The notes under the pieces are model-generated. The model was not told the origin of the DNA. It did not search any database and saw nothing but the letters and a program-made list of their open reading frames with translations. A program made the position numbers and the translations under genes. From contig NW_013657677.1 in the NCBI RefSeq assembly GCF_000142905.1, forward strand, positions 1 through 64,000: DNA of 64,000 nucleotides, given 5' to 3'. Below are positions 12,901-27,900 of this stretch, one piece after another (position 1 is the first letter of the stretch; every line of letters begins with the position of its first letter). Source of the DNA: Thecamonas trahens ATCC 50062 (Eukaryota > Protista > Apusomonadida).

Positions 12901-15900
12901 AACGAGAACTCGGGCTTCTTTGGCCGCGGTAACCGGCTCGTCCTCCCGGCGACCGACATCGATACCGCCCCGCGCGACACGCTCACCTTTGAGCTCCTCG
13001 ACACCTCGGGTGTCGGCGAGGGCGAGCTTGGCTTTGCCGACGAGGTCCGTGGCCGCATCTTTGCAGCGCGCTCGTCGTGCGGCAAGCCGGCCGACGGCAG
13101 CCGCAAGCTCTTTGTCTGCCGCCCGGTCGACGACGCTGGCTCGGCCTTTACCCGGGTCGCGGTCACTCGCCGCGAAGCGCGCGACTACCAGCGGCTGCTC
13201 AGCACGCCGCCCAAGGTGGCGGAAATTGGTGCGCTGCTCGACCCGTCGGCGACCGACGAGTTTGTGCTCGCCACCGCCGACTCGGACGACGACACCGACG
13301 CTGCCACCTTTGCGTCGCAAGTCGCCTCGCAGGTTGCGCCAGGTACCAACGGCCTCGACTGCAACTGTGACCCGCTGCCTGCCGACGAGGTCGAGACCAC
13401 CGAGCCGAGCAACGCCCGCGCCGGTACGACCTCTCGCAACCGCGGCGTGCTCCGCTTCCGCCCGGTGCGCGAGTTCTTCTCGCCGCCGACGCTCTCGTTT
13501 GTGTACCGGGTGTGCGACGGCTCTGCCTGCTCGCAGGCCACGACCTGTACCATCGAGGTGGTCTCGCGCGGCAACCACCGCCCGCGCGGTGCCAACGCGC
13601 TGGTGTGGACCGATGAGGACACCGCGATTGCGCCGCTGCAGCTGGTTGGGACCGACGCTGATGGCGACGACCTGACCTTTGCGCTCCACCGCGCCGCGCG
13701 CTCCGGCTCCGCTGTCGTGTCATCCAGCGGTGTCCTCACTTACACGCCTGCCGCCGACTTTAATGGTCGTGATCGGGTGTGGTATACGGTGAGTGACGGC
13801 AAAAGACGTCGCGGCCAAAGAAGGTGCTCATCCTTGTGCGCCCAGTCAACGACCCGCCCGTGGCGGTCGACGGCTCGGCGACTCTGGACGAGGATACTGT
13901 CCTCCGCGCTGCCTTTGTGTGCAACGACATCGAGTCGCGCGGCAACCCATGCCGCTGGTGGCGGACTCGCCTCTCCAAGTGGGTCAACGTCACCAACAGC
14001 GCGGGCGTGCCCGAGTGGCGCCGCGTCCGCGCCGAGGCACGCATCGCGCTCTCGGCCTACTTCCGCGCCGCCGACTGCGGCCGCCGCCTCGAGGTCACTG
14101 TCCTCGACGCCCCGAAGAACGGTACCGTCGCTCCGCGGTGGTACGCCGACTGGCTGTGGGAGGGCGACTCGGTGTGGACCAAGTGGGGTTGGGAGAAGAA
14201 GGAGGGCAAGTACTGGCGCGGCCGCTTCCGCTACACGCCGCAGCCACACTTTGCCGGCATCGACACGGTCACCTTCCAGTGCACCGACGGCGATGCCGTC
14301 TCCAACACCGCCACATTTACCTTTAACGTGGCGCCCGTCAACGACCGCCCGGTCGGCGTTCCCTCGCGATTCACCGTGCCCGAGAACTCGGGCCCGGTCG
14401 TCTTCCAGCTCGAGGGCAACGACGTCGACGGCGACGTGCTTAGCTACGCGCTTGTCGCCGGCCCGTCCAAGGCTGCCACCCCGCCGATCCTCGACACGGC
14501 CACTGGCGCACTGACCTACACGCCGGCGACGGACGTGTGGGGCGATGATGGAATCACATTTACCGTCTCGGACGGCGTCCTCACCTCGCGGGTGGTCAAG
14601 GCGCAGATCACCATTGTGCCGCCCGACAACCACCTGCCGCGGACAGCTGACGGTAACTTTACCACATTTGAGGACACCCGCCTTCGCGGTGGCCTCGTCG
14701 GCACCGACCAGGACTCGCAGGACGAGCTCGCGTTTACCGTCGACACGCCACCGAGCCACGCCGCCGAGTTCCAACTCATTCGCGACCGCAAGCAGGGTCA
14801 GACCTTTATGTACAAGCCGAAGCCCGACTACAACGGCGTCGACTCGTTCACTTACCACGTCAACGACGGGACTGCCGACTCGGCGCCCGCCACCGTCACC
14901 ATTCACATCCTGCCTGTCAACGACGCACCGACTGCTTCGCCGGCTTCGGGCTCGACGCCCGAGGACACCCCGCTCTCGGCTTCACTCTCCGGCTCGGACC
15001 CCGAGGCCGACACGCTCTCGTTCCGGCTCGCGCGCGGCATCCGCCCGGCCGCTGCCGGTTCGGTCAGCATCGACGCGGCAACCGGGCTCTACACCTTTGT
15101 GCCGGCTGCCGACTACGTCGGGAGCGCCACGTTTTACTTTACCGTCTTTGACGGTGCTCTCAACTCGGCCCGCGCGCTCGTGACGCTTGAGGTGAGCCCG
15201 GTCAACGACGCTCCGGTGGCTGCCGACTCGACGCTCTCGGTCGATGAGAACGGGCCCATCTCGCGCAGCCGTGTGCTCGCGACGGACGTTGATGCTGGTG
15301 ACTTGCTCACCTACACCGTGGTTGCTGGGCCGAGCTCGGCGGCCTCGTTTGAGCTCAACGTGGCCAACGGCGCGTTTGCCTACAAGCCTGCGGTCGACAC
15401 CTGGGGCACCGACTCGTTCACCTTTACCGCCACCGACGCTGACGGCGCCGTTTCCAACGTCGGCACGGTCACAGTCTACATTGTGCCACCGGACAACCAC
15501 ATTCCGCGCACGCTCTCTGGCCGCCTCCTCCTCGACGAGGACACGACTGCGAGCAAGCAGCTTGTCGGGACCGACTTTGATGAGGACGACGTGCTCTCGT
15601 TCCACATTCAGGAGCCGCCACGCCACGCCAAGGCCTTCCATCTCGACGAGGCCACCGGTGCTTTTCCTACTCGCCGATGGTCAACTACAACGGCGACGAC
15701 AGCGTGACGTACTACGTCAACGACGGGCAGGCCAACTCGCTTGTCTCGACCATCACCATTGCCGTCGAGCCGGTCAACGACGCGCCGGTTCCCGCCGACG
15801 CCTCCTTCCGAACTGCCGAGGATACACCCGTGACCGGGACTCTGGTCTGCGCCGACGTCGAAGGCGAGGCGCTGACCTTTGCCGTCGTGGATGAGCCGGC

Positions 15901-18900
15901 CGCCGGCACCGCGTCGGTCGAGACGGCGCCGCAGGAGGATGGCGCTGTGGTCTTTACCTACTCGCCGGCGCCCAACGCCCACGGCCGCGACACGTTCACC
16001 TTTTCGTGCACCGACGGCTCGGGTGCCGTCTCGGCCTCGGTCGGATCCGTCGTCATCCGCGTCACGCCGGCCAACGACGTGCCGACCGCCGACAACGTCG
16101 AGCTAGTCTTTGACGAGCTTCCTCGCAAGGCCCACGAGTTCCAGCTCGCCGGCAGCGACGTCGACGGCAACGCGCTGACCTACACGGTTGCGGTCGCTCC
16201 GGGCCGCGGCACAGTCTCGTCGTTTGACCCGCGCTCCGGCTCGGGTGTCTACCTCGCCGACGTCGACGTCTGGGGCACCGACACGCTTGTGTACTCGGTG
16301 ACCGATACCGAGGGTGCCACCTCGTCGCTCGCCACGCTCACCATCACCATCGTTCCGCCGGCCAACCACCTCCCGCGGTCGGCCTCGGCTGCGTTTGAGA
16401 CGACCGAAACGTGCCGCTCGCCGCAGGCGCAGCCCTCTACGGCTTTGACGTCGACGCTGACGACACGCTCACTTGGGCCTTTGTCACGCCGCCCTCGCTC
16501 GCGGCGTCGGCCGTGGTCGACCCGGCCACCGGTGCGCTCTCGTACACGCCGGCTGCCGATGCCTTTGGTGTCGACACCTTTAGCTACAAGGTGACCGACT
16601 CGGCCGGCGGCGAGTCGCGCGTGGCGATCGTCACGCTCACCATCAAGCCGGTCAACGACGCGCCAGTGGCGTCCGACGACGCCTTTACCCTCGCTGAGGA
16701 CGCTGTCGGCTTCTCTGCTGGCCTCACCGCCTCGGACGTCGACTCGCCGCGGTCGGACCTCGTCTATCGAGTCCGTAACGCGCCGCAGTTTGGCTCGGTC
16801 GTTCTTCGCGGTGCCAACTTTGTGTACTCGCCTGACGGCGACTACCATGGCGCCGACTCGTTCACCTTTGCCGTCTCCGACGGCATCGCCACCTCGACGC
16901 CGGCCACGATCTCGCTCACCATCACGCCGGTCAACGACGCTCCGGTCGCGACCGACGGCGAGTTCTCGGTTGCCGAGAACGGCGCGCCGGTCGTGTTCAC
17001 CCTGACCGGCACCGACGCCGACTCGGACCCGCTCATCTTTGCGCTCTCCGGTGCGACGCCGATGCGCGGCTCGGTCGTTCTCCTTGATGCTGGTGCCGGT
17101 ATCGTCGAGTACACGCCGAGCACCGACGTGTGGGGCAGCGACTCGTTCGAATTCTCGGTCTCGGACGGCAGCGCCGTGTCGGCCAAGCTCGGCTCGGTTG
17201 CGGTCACCATTGTGCCGCCGGCAAACCACATCCCGCGGTCGCGCCCGGCTGTGGTCTACACTAACGAAGACACTCCAGTCTCGCTCGTTCTCTACGGCAC
17301 CGACCAGGACGTCGACGACGACCTCCAGTTTGTGCTGCAGGACACAGCGTCGCCGCTTGCCGGCGTTGTCTCGCTCGAGGCCTACAACGGTAGGCTCCGG
17401 TTTGTGCCTGACGCCCACTTCCACGGCAACACCTCTATCCTCTACACTGTCGCCGACTCGGCCGGTGGCGTCTCGGGCGCTGCCGAGGTCGTCTTTGTCG
17501 TCGCGCCGGTCAACGACGCGCCGACGGCTACGCCGGGCAGTGCCACCATCGACGAGGACACTCCGCACTCGGACGTGGTGCTCGGCAATGATGTCGACGG
17601 CGAGGCGCCGTCGTATGTCGTCACCGGCGCGCCGCTGTACGGCTCGCTCACCGCGTTTGACGCCGCCACCGGTGCATTCACCTACGTGCCGAACGCGCAC
17701 TTCCACGGCCGCGACGCGTTTGCCTTTGTCGCCCGCGACGCTGCTGGTGCCTTCAGCTCGGCCACCCACTACAGCCTCACGGTGGTGCCGGTCAACGACG
17801 TGCCAGTCGCGTCGCCGCTGGAGATCTCGGTGCCTGAGGACTCGGAGCCGGTCCCTGTCGTCCACTCGGTGGTCGACGCCGACGGCGACGCGCTCTTCCT
17901 TGTCGTCGAGCAGCCGCCGGCCTTTGGTCGCGTCAAGCTCTTCAACACCAACGGCCCGCTCTCGTCGGCACCCAACTGCGCCGCGCCGCCGGCCGCCGAC
18001 TCGGTCTACATGTGTGTGGCCAAGACGGCGTCGACGTCGCGCGAGGCGGTGGCCATCTCGCAGGAGCCGGCGTCGAGCCAGCAGGGCACGGCCTCGCCGA
18101 CCTCGCCGTTCAAGAAGCGGCTCATCCGCAAGTCGGAGCTCGAGTCCGACCGTGCCGCCCGCCGCGAGCGCGACGGCGACACAGGCCTGCCTGACATTGT
18201 GCCGGGCACACTGGGCCTCAACTGCGCTTGCCAGCCAGTCCCGCTCGTCGGCTTCTACAAGCCCAACACCGACTTCTTTGGCACCGACGCGTACTCGGTC
18301 AAGGCCTTTGATGGCACCGCCTGGTCCAACGTGGCCACCGTTACCATCACTGTCGTCCCGCCGGCCAACCACATTCCGCGGACCGCCCCGCTCCGCATCG
18401 GCACGTCCGAAGACACCCCGACCGGCGGCGCGCTTGTCGGCACCGACCAGGACGTCGACGATACGCTCACCTGGAACGTTGCCACCCCCGGCTCGCTTGG
18501 CTCGCTCGCCCTCGACTCGGCAACCGGCTCGTTTGTGTACACCCCGAACTCGAATGCGTGCGGCACCGACAGCCTCAGTTACACTGTCACCGATGGCATT
18601 GCCACCTCGGAGCCGTCGCCTCTGATTGTTGACATTGCGTGCGTCAACGATGCGCCGACTGCCGCACCCGTCGCCGACTCGACGCCCGAGGACACCCCGC
18701 TTACTGGGATGCTCAGCTGCGCCGACATCGACTCGCAAGCCGTCGTTCACACTATCGTCGGCCTCCCGGTCTCGGGCTCGGTCGTGCTCTCGTCGGCCGA
18801 CGGCTCGTCGCCGGCCTTTGTCTACACCCCGACGGCCAACTTTAACGGCGCCGACTCGTTTACCTACAAGTGCTTTGACGGTGAGCGCTACTCGAGCGAG

Positions 18901-21900
18901 GCCACCGTCTCGCTCACAGTGACACCGGTCAACGATGCTCCGGTGGCGTCTTACTCGACTCTCTCGCTCCCGGAGAATGGCCCAGTCACCCTCGGCCAGC
19001 TCGTGGCGTCGGACGTCGACGGCGACGCGCTCACCTACGTCATCTTTGCCGCCAAGGGCGAGCCAGCAAAGGCCAAGGTCTTCACCCTTGTCTCGGCCTC
19101 GTCGGGTACCTTTAACTACCAGCCGGTGGTTGATGTTTGGGGCGCAGACGTGTTCCGCTTCTACGTCGTTGACGCCAGCGGCGCGCAGTCCAACGTTGCC
19201 ACCTGTGCCATCACCATCGTGCCGCCGGTGAACCACCTGCCACGGACCGCCAATGCCACGTTCTCGGTGCCCGAGGAAGAGACCCTGGTCGCCCCGCTTG
19301 TCGGCACCGACCTCGACAACGAGCCGCTCACCTTTCGGTCGTTTCTGCTCCGGCGAACGGCGTTGCCGTCATCGACCCGGTCACCGGCAAGCTGACCTAC
19401 ACCCCGAGCGACAACTTCCACGGCAGTGTCGAGCTGGCGTACACCGTCAACGACGGCATCGACAACGCGGGCATGCCCGGGTACGTCACCATCGCCGTGA
19501 CTCCGGTCAACGACGCCCCGGTCGCTTCTCCCGCCGCCCTCACCACCGACGAGGACACTCCGCTGACTGCTGCCTTTGTCGCATCTGACATCGACCTCGG
19601 CGTCTCTGACTCGGGCGCGCTCTCGTACGCGATTGTGGCGCAGGGCTCGTTCGGTGTTGTCACACTGCCGGCTGGCCCCAACTCGCCGTCGTTTACTTAC
19701 ACGCCGGCAGTCGACTTCCACGGCGCCGACACCTTTACCTACGTTGTCTCGGACGGCGTGGGCTCGTCCAACGTGGCGACGATCTCGGTCACGGTGGTGC
19801 CGGTCAACGACCCGCCGGTCGCCTTTGACGGCATCTTGCTCGTCGGTGAGAACACGGAGTTCCGTCCGGCCAAGGGCAACATGACCCTGGCTGGCCGCGA
19901 CGTCGACGGTGATGCGCTTTTCTTTGCCATTGTCACCCCGCCGGCTTCGGGCACCATCTACGGCCTCGACTCGGAGACCGGCTACGTCATGTACGAGCCG
20001 AACCCCGACCAGACCGCCGCCGACTCGTTCACCTTTACTGTCAGCGACGGCGTCGCCACCTCGGCGGCAGCCACCGTCTCGATTACCATCGTCCCGGTTG
20101 CTAACCATGGCCCGGTCTCGGCACCGGCCAACCTCACCGTGGCCGAGGACACCGTCCTTGTCTCGGCGCTCTACGGCTTTGACCTCGACACCAAGGACGT
20201 GCTCGTCTTTGCCGTCGTCGACGCCCCGACACATGCTGCCGAGCTCTCGGTCTCAACGTCGGGCCAGATGACGTACTCCCCGGCTGCCAACTATGTGGGA
20301 CCCGACTCGTTCACCTACACTGTCACCGATGGCGAGTACACATCGTCGCTCGCCCTCGTCTCCATCAGTGTCACACCAGTCAACGACCCGCCGGTTGTCA
20401 ACGACATTGCGCTCACCATCCAGGAGGACACTGCTGTGACGGCTGCTGCGCTCTCGGGTACCGACGTCGAGGGCTCGTTCCTCACCTTTGCGCTGCTCGA
20501 CACCTCGGGCGCCAACGGCGTGGTGAGCCTCTCGCTCAATGCCGACGAGACGCAGAATGATGTGCTGAGCTACATGCCCGACGCCCACTTTAACGGCGTT
20601 GCCGTCTTCACCTACAACGCCACCGATGACGAGGGCGCCGCCGCTCTTGTCCCGGCCACCGTCACCATCACCGTGGTCCCGGTCAACGACGTGCCGGTTG
20701 CGCTCGACTCGGCGCTCGTCGCTTACGAGCTCGACCGCTCTCCGGTCTCGCACAGCTTCACCGCAACCGATGCTGATCTTACCCGCGAGGGCGACGTCCT
20801 CACTTTTGCGCTTGTGAGCAAGCCGAGCCACGGCTCCGTCTCCAACTTTGACGCTGCTGCCGGTACCTTTGACTACCTGGCGGCCCGCGACTACTTTGGC
20901 AACGACACCCTGACCTTCCGGGTCACCGACGCGGCCGGCGCCATCTCCAACGTCGGCACCGTCGTCATCGACGTCATCCCGCCGGCGAACCATGTTCCGC
21001 GCGCAGTGCCCGAGTCGTTCACCGTCGCCGAAGACACCCAGCTCTCCGAGCCGCTCCGGGGCACTGACCAGGACGCCGCCGACAGCCTCACCTTTACCCT
21101 CGCTGATTCTCCCGCGCACGGCGCCGCCGCCATCAGCGCGTCTGGGCTCCTGACCTACACACCCGACGCTGACTATGTCGGCGACGACGTGCTCACCTTT
21201 ACCGTGAGCGACGGTTCGGCCACATCGTCGGCCGCAACCGTGGCCATCGTCGTGACGCCGGTCAACGACGCGCCGGTCGCGTTCTCGGGCTCGGGCTCGC
21301 TCGCCGAGGACACGCTCTTCTCGGGCGCGCTTCTTGCCACCGACATCGACTCGCCGGACGCGAGCCTCGTCTACAGCCTTGTCTCGGCACCGTCGGCGGG
21401 CACCGTCTCGCTCGCAGCCTCGGCTTCCAGCGGCGGCCTGCCGTTCACCTACACCCCGCCGGTTGACTTCCACGGCCGTGTGGTCTTTGGCTTTGTGGCC
21501 TTTGACGGCGACGCCACCTCGGCGCCGGCCAACGTCACCCTCGACGTGCTGCCGGTCAACGACGTGCCGGTCGCGCATGCCGCCTCGCTCTCGCTCAACG
21601 AGAACGATCCGGCGACAAGGGTCACGCTCTCGGGCTTCGATGTCGACGGCGACACGCTCACCTTTGAGCTCGACGGCGTCCGCTCGCCTCGCAAGGGTTC
21701 GGTCACGCTCGTCGACGCCGCCGCCGGCATTGTTGAGTACACGCCGGCGACTGACGTTTGGACTGCACCGTCGACGCCGGACCTCATCTCGTTTGTTGTT
21801 TATGACGGCACCGCCCGCTCGGCTTCGGCCAACCTTGCGGTCACCATTGTGCCGCCGGCGAACCACCGCCCGCGCGCCGGCGACCAGGCCTTTGCCCTCT

Positions 21901-24900
21901 CGGAGGATGACGGCCCGCTGAGCTTCAAGCTCGTTGCTACCGACCAGGACGTCAACGACATCCTCACCATCCGCATCGACCAGGCGCCGACCAAGGGCAC
22001 TGTCATCCGCTCCGGCCTCGACGTTGTCTACACGCTCGCAGAGGATGCCAACGGCGCCGACGCGCTCGTGTACTCGGTCTACGACGGCGAGCACTTTTCG
22101 GTCACCTCGGGCACCATCTCATTCACCATCGCGCCGGTCAACGACGCGCCGGTCCCGGTCTCGGTCTCGGACGAGACGCTCGAGGACACGCCGCTGGCCA
22201 TCACTCTCGAATGCACCGACGTCGACTCGACCGATGCCCAGGTGAGCTACTCGCTCGTCTCAACGCCGCCGGCGTCTGTTGGCTCAGTCGCCCTCGACTC
22301 GCCCGCCACGGGCGCTGCCGTCTTTACGCCTGCCGCCAACTACAACGGCCCGGTCGCCTTTGACTTTACCTGCACCGACGGCGCGGCATCCGCCGCTCAG
22401 CCGGGCTCGGTCGATCTCAACGTGCTCCCGGTCAACGACGCGCCGGTCGCGTCGCACGACGCGGTCTCTGTGCCTGAGAACGGGCAGGGTGTCGAGATTG
22501 TGCTCGAGTGCGCTGATGTCGACGGCGACGCGCTCTCGTTTGCGCTCGTCTCGCCGCCGCGCCTTGGCGCCCTCTCCGGCTTCTCGGCCCGCCGCGGTGT
22601 CGTCACCTACACCCCGCTGGTCGATGTGTGGGGTGCCGATGCCTTTGGCTTTGTCTGCTCCGACGGGCTCGCCAGCTCGAACGCTGGCAACATCTCGGTC
22701 ACTGTTGTTCCGCCGGCCAACCACATTCCGCGCACGACCTCGGTCGCGGTCACCATCGATGAGGAGGCCACGCTCAACTACGACCGCCTCACCGCCACGG
22801 ACCAGGACGTCGGCGACTCGCTCGCCTTTGTCCTCAAGTCTGGCCCGGGGTCGGCGGCTTCGTTCAGCCTCGCTTCCGACGGCACCTTTGCCTACACCCC
22901 AGTCGCCGAGTTTAACGGCGTTGACTCGTTCACTTTTGTCGCTTCCGACACCATCGACGAGTCGGCTCCTGCCACCGTCACCATCACCGTCGTCCCGGTT
23001 AACGACGCCCCGGTCCCGACTCCGGGTGCGTTCATCACCAACGAGGACGAGGCGTACACCGGCGCCCTCGAGGCTGTCGACGTCGACTCGGACGCCAGCT
23101 CTCTCTCGTATGCGGTCGTCACCGGCCCGAGCTCCGGCTCGGTCGTCCTTGTCGGCGGCAGCTCGTCGGGCGTCTCGGGCCCGGTCTTCACCTACGTCCC
23201 GACTCCGGACTTCCACGGCACCGACTCGTTCACCTTTGACGTCACTGATGGCGCCGCGAGCTCGTCGACGCCGGCCACCGTCTCCATCACCGTCCTCCCG
23301 GTCAACGACGCGCCGACTGCCGAGCATGCCGCGTTCTCCGTGGCCGAGAACGCCGGCCCGGCCGTCTTTGGCCTTGTCGCTGACGACGTCGACGGCGACG
23401 CCCTCACCTGGACCGTTGTCTCGCCGCCGGCCCGCGCCAGCTCGTTTGTCTTTACCGGCCCGTCGTTCAGCTACGCGCCGGCAACCGATGTGTGGGGCGA
23501 CGACTCGTTCACCTTTGAGGTCACCGATGCCTCTGGCGAGTCGTCGGGCGTCAAGACCGCGCGGGTCACCATTGTGCCGCCGGCCAACCACGTGCCGCGC
23601 GGCAACGCCGCGGCCTTTAGCATGTACGAAGACACCGCCCTCGTCTTCCGGCTCAACGGCACCGACCAGGACACCGCCGACACCCTCACCTTTGCCATTG
23701 TTGACTTTCCGTCGGCCGTCGGCGCTCCGGGTGAGCTTCTCTCGCTCGTCACCGGTGACGTCCGCTACGTCCCGCGCGCCAACTACTTTGGATCGGACTC
23801 GTTCACCTACACCGTCACCGACGGAACCGACACTTCGGCAGCCTACGCCGTCGACATTGTCATCCTTCCGGTCAACGACCCGCCGACGGCCGAGTCGGAC
23901 GAGTTTACCCTCGCCGAGGACTCGGTCCTCGTCGACGTCCTCGTCGGCGCTGACGTCGATGACTCGCTCGCGTCGCTCACCTTTGTCCTTGTTGCGCTCC
24001 CGACCTCCGGAAACGTGACTGTCGACGCCGCCACCGGTGCCTTTGTCTACACCCCGCGCGCCAACTTCCATGGCGCCGACGGGTTCTCGTTCAAGGTGAT
24101 CGACCCGGCCGGCGCCGAGTCGGCGCTTGCCTCTGTTGCCCTCACCGTCGCCTCGGTCAACGACGCGCCGGTCGCCTACAACGGTGGCCTCTCCGTCGAC
24201 GAGGAGTCGCCGGCGACCGCCGGCTCGACGCCGCCGACGCCGTTTGCGCTCCGCGCCACCGACGCCGATGGCGACGACCTCGTCTTTGAGCTCCTCTCGT
24301 CACCGACCCTCGGTGTGGTCTCCAACTTCAACCCGTACACCGGGACCGGCTCGTTCAAGCCGACCGTCGACGTGTGGGGTGAGGACGTGCTGACCTTCCG
24401 GGTCACCGACGCCCACGGCAGCGTCTCCAATGTTGCCTCGTTTACCATCCTTGTTGTTGCCGGAGTTCACGCGCCGCGCTCAGCCGACGCCGTCCTGCTC
24501 GTCGACGAGGAGATGCTCGGGTCTGTCAGCCTTGTCGGTACCGACCAGGACGCCGCCGACATCCTTGCCTGGCGCATTGTCGACATGCCGGATCACGCCT
24601 CGTCGGTCAGCCTCGACGCCGCGTCTGGCGTGCTCAGCTACACCGGCGCAGTCGACTTCCACGGCGCCGACGCATTGACCTACGTCGTCAACGACGGCAC
24701 TTACAACTCGACAGTTGCCACTGTTGCCATCACTGTCCGTCCGGTCAACGATGCACCGGTCGCGTACCCGGGCTCGCTTGCCACCACCGAGGACACGCCG
24801 GTCTCGTCGGTCCTTGTCGGCTCTGACGTCGATGGCGACAACCTCGCGTTCTTTATCTCCCGGTCTCCGGCCTCGGGCGCCATCTCGCGCGACTCGGAGC

Positions 24901-27900
24901 TTGCGCGCGAGTTTGTCTTTACGCCTTCGCTCAACTTTAACGGCTTTGACTCGTTTGAGTACTACGTCTCCGACGGCGAGGCCAACTCGCAGGCCGTCAC
25001 CGTCAACATCACGGTCGCGCCGGCCAATGACGCGCCGACCTGCGCACCGGCCACGTACACGGTTCCCGAGTACAACGCGCTGTACTTTACCGACGACCCG
25101 CGGACACCGCGGACGCCGCTCCTGGTCACGCTTCCGGGCTCAGACCTCGACGGCGACGCCCTCGTCTACTCGCTGCGGACCTCGCCGGTCCACGGCCAGG
25201 TCAAGGCCTTTGACGCCTCGGCGGGTACCCTCGAGTACTGGCCGGCCGTCGACTACTTTGGCGCCGACGAGCTGACCTACGCCACCTCTGACGGCTCGGC
25301 CGCCTGCGACTACGCCACTGTCTCCATCACCGTCGTTCCGCCGGCCAACCACGTCCCGCGCTCGGCTCCGGCCACCTTTACCACGCTCGAGGACACGCCG
25401 CTAGCCGAGAGTCTCGTCGGCACCGACCAGGACGTCGCCGATGTCCTGACCTTTGCGCTTGTCGGCCCGTCACCGCCGCCCTCGGTCGGCTCGGCGGTTG
25501 TTGACGCTGCCTCGGGTGTGTTCACCTTTGCGCCTGCCGCGAACTTCAACGGTGAGGTCAGCTACAGCTACACTGTTTCCGACGGGACGGCCACCTCGCG
25601 GACTGCCGCCATCTCGGTCGTCGTCCAGCCGGTCAACGACCCGCCCACTGCCGACTCGTTCACCTTTGCTGTCGACGAGGACGCCGAGTACTTTGGCCAG
25701 CTCTCTGGTTCGGACCTCGACGTGCCGGCCGACGCCCTCAGCTACGCCATCGCCCGCCCGCCGGCTGCCGGAGCCCTCACGCTGCCGTTTGCCGGCTCGC
25801 CGGCCTTTGCCTACCGCCCTTCGCCAAACTACAACGGCCCCGACTCGTTCACCTACTACGTCGACGACGGCACCGACGTCTCGGCCACCGTCGAGGTTGC
25901 CATCACCGTCAACCCAGTCAACGACGTCCCGGTCGCCCGCGACATTTCATTTGCCGTCGACGAGAACGCGCCTGGCAAGGTCTTCCTCCTCGCCTGCATC
26001 GACATCGACGCCAACGACGGAGCCTTCACCTTTGCGGTCGGCTCCCCGAGCCGCGGCACTGTCGTCGGCCTCGACGCCTCGACCGGCTCGGCCACCTTTG
26101 TCCCTACCACCGACGTCTGGGGCGCTGACTCGTTCACCTACACCTGCACCGACGCCGCTGGCGCAACCTCGGCGCCGGCTACTGTCCGGGTCACCATCGT
26201 TCCGCCGGCCAACCACGTTCCGCGCTCGGCTGCCGCCGCCTTTACCGTCGCCGAAGACACCCCGCTCTCGCCCAAGCTCGCTCTGGTCGGCACCGACCAG
26301 GACGCCGGCGACAGCCTGACCTTCCGCATCTCGGCCGCGCCCGCCCATGCTGCAGCGTTTGCCCTCGACCCTGCCACCGGCATGCTGAGCTACACTCCGG
26401 CCGCCAACTACGCTGGCTCGGACTCGCTCTCTTACGTCGTCACCGACGGCACCGACACCTCGTCGCCGTCGATCGTCTCCATCACCGTGAACCCCGTCAA
26501 CGATGCCCCGGTCGCCCGCGACTCGGCCGCTGCTGGCGCAGAGGACTCCCCAATCTCCTCGGTTATGCTCGGCTCCGACGTCGAGACGCCAGAGTCGGAC
26601 CTGGTCTTCACCGTCAGCCTGGCTCCGGCCAACGGCGTCCTTGTCCAGGACGCGCCTGGCTCGGCGGGCTTCACCTTTACTCCCGACCCGAGCTGGTTCG
26701 GCACCACCTCGTTCACCTTTACCGTCTCGGACGGCGTCGCATCCTCGGCCACGCCGGGCGAGGTGACCCTCACCATCGAGGCCGTCAACGACGTGCCGAC
26801 CTGCAGCGACTCGGCCGTCTCGGTCAACGAGCTCCCGCGGTCGGCTGCCGTCGTCTCGACCACGCTCGTTGCCGCCGATCCGGATCTCGCCACTGGTGAC
26901 ATCCTCACCTACATCATCGACTCGGCGCCGGCCTCGGGCGCAGTCACGTCCTTCGACGCCGCCACCGGCCAGATCACCTACGTGCCTGCTGTCGACTTTT
27001 TCGGCACCGACTCGCTCACGTTCTACGTCCACGACAAGGACGGCGCGAACCCCAACTCGAACGCGCCTGACACCTGCCCGACGCCCAAGTCGTCCAAGAA
27101 GACGTACCTCTGCCACGGCACGTCATCGGACAAGAACCCGTACAACCGCATCCAGGTGGCCAAGGCCTCGCTCAGTGGCCATGTCATCGGCTCGGCGGAC
27201 TCGCCCAACGGTAAGTACCCCGACTACTTCCCGGGCACCAACGGCCTCGACTGCGAGTGCAACGCCTACGTCCCACGCCGGTCCAAGACCTGCACGCTCA
27301 CCGTCACCGTTGTTCCGCCGGTCAACCACGTCCCGCGCGCCGCGCCGGCGAGCCTCACCACCAACGAGGACACCCCGGTCTCGGCGCCGCTCGTCGGCAC
27401 CGACCAGGACGCTGCGGACGTCGCCGGCCTCGTCTTTGCCGTCGAGTCGGGCCCGTCCAACGGCACGGCAGCCTTTGACGGCAAGACTCTGACCTACACC
27501 CCTGCAGCGGACTTCTTTGGCTCGGACACCCTCGCCTACACTGTCTCGGACGGAACCGACACCTCGGCCCCGGCTGAAGTCACTCTCCGCGTCAACCCAG
27601 TCAACGACGTTCCGGTCGCATCGCCAGCCTCGCTCGTCACCAACGAGGACACGCCGCTCCGCGGCGTCCTCGTCGCTTCCGACGTCGAGACCCCGGTCGC
27701 CGCCCTCGTCTACACCATCACCGCTGCACCGGTCTCGGGCACCGTCACTGTCGAGGGCAACGCCTTTGTCTACACGCCAGCGGCCAACTACAACGGGCCG
27801 GACGCCTTTGCATTTGTCGCCACCGACGATGCAGGCGTAGACTCGGTCCCGGCCACGATTACCATCGCTGTCTCGCCCGTTAACGACCCGCCGCGCGCCG

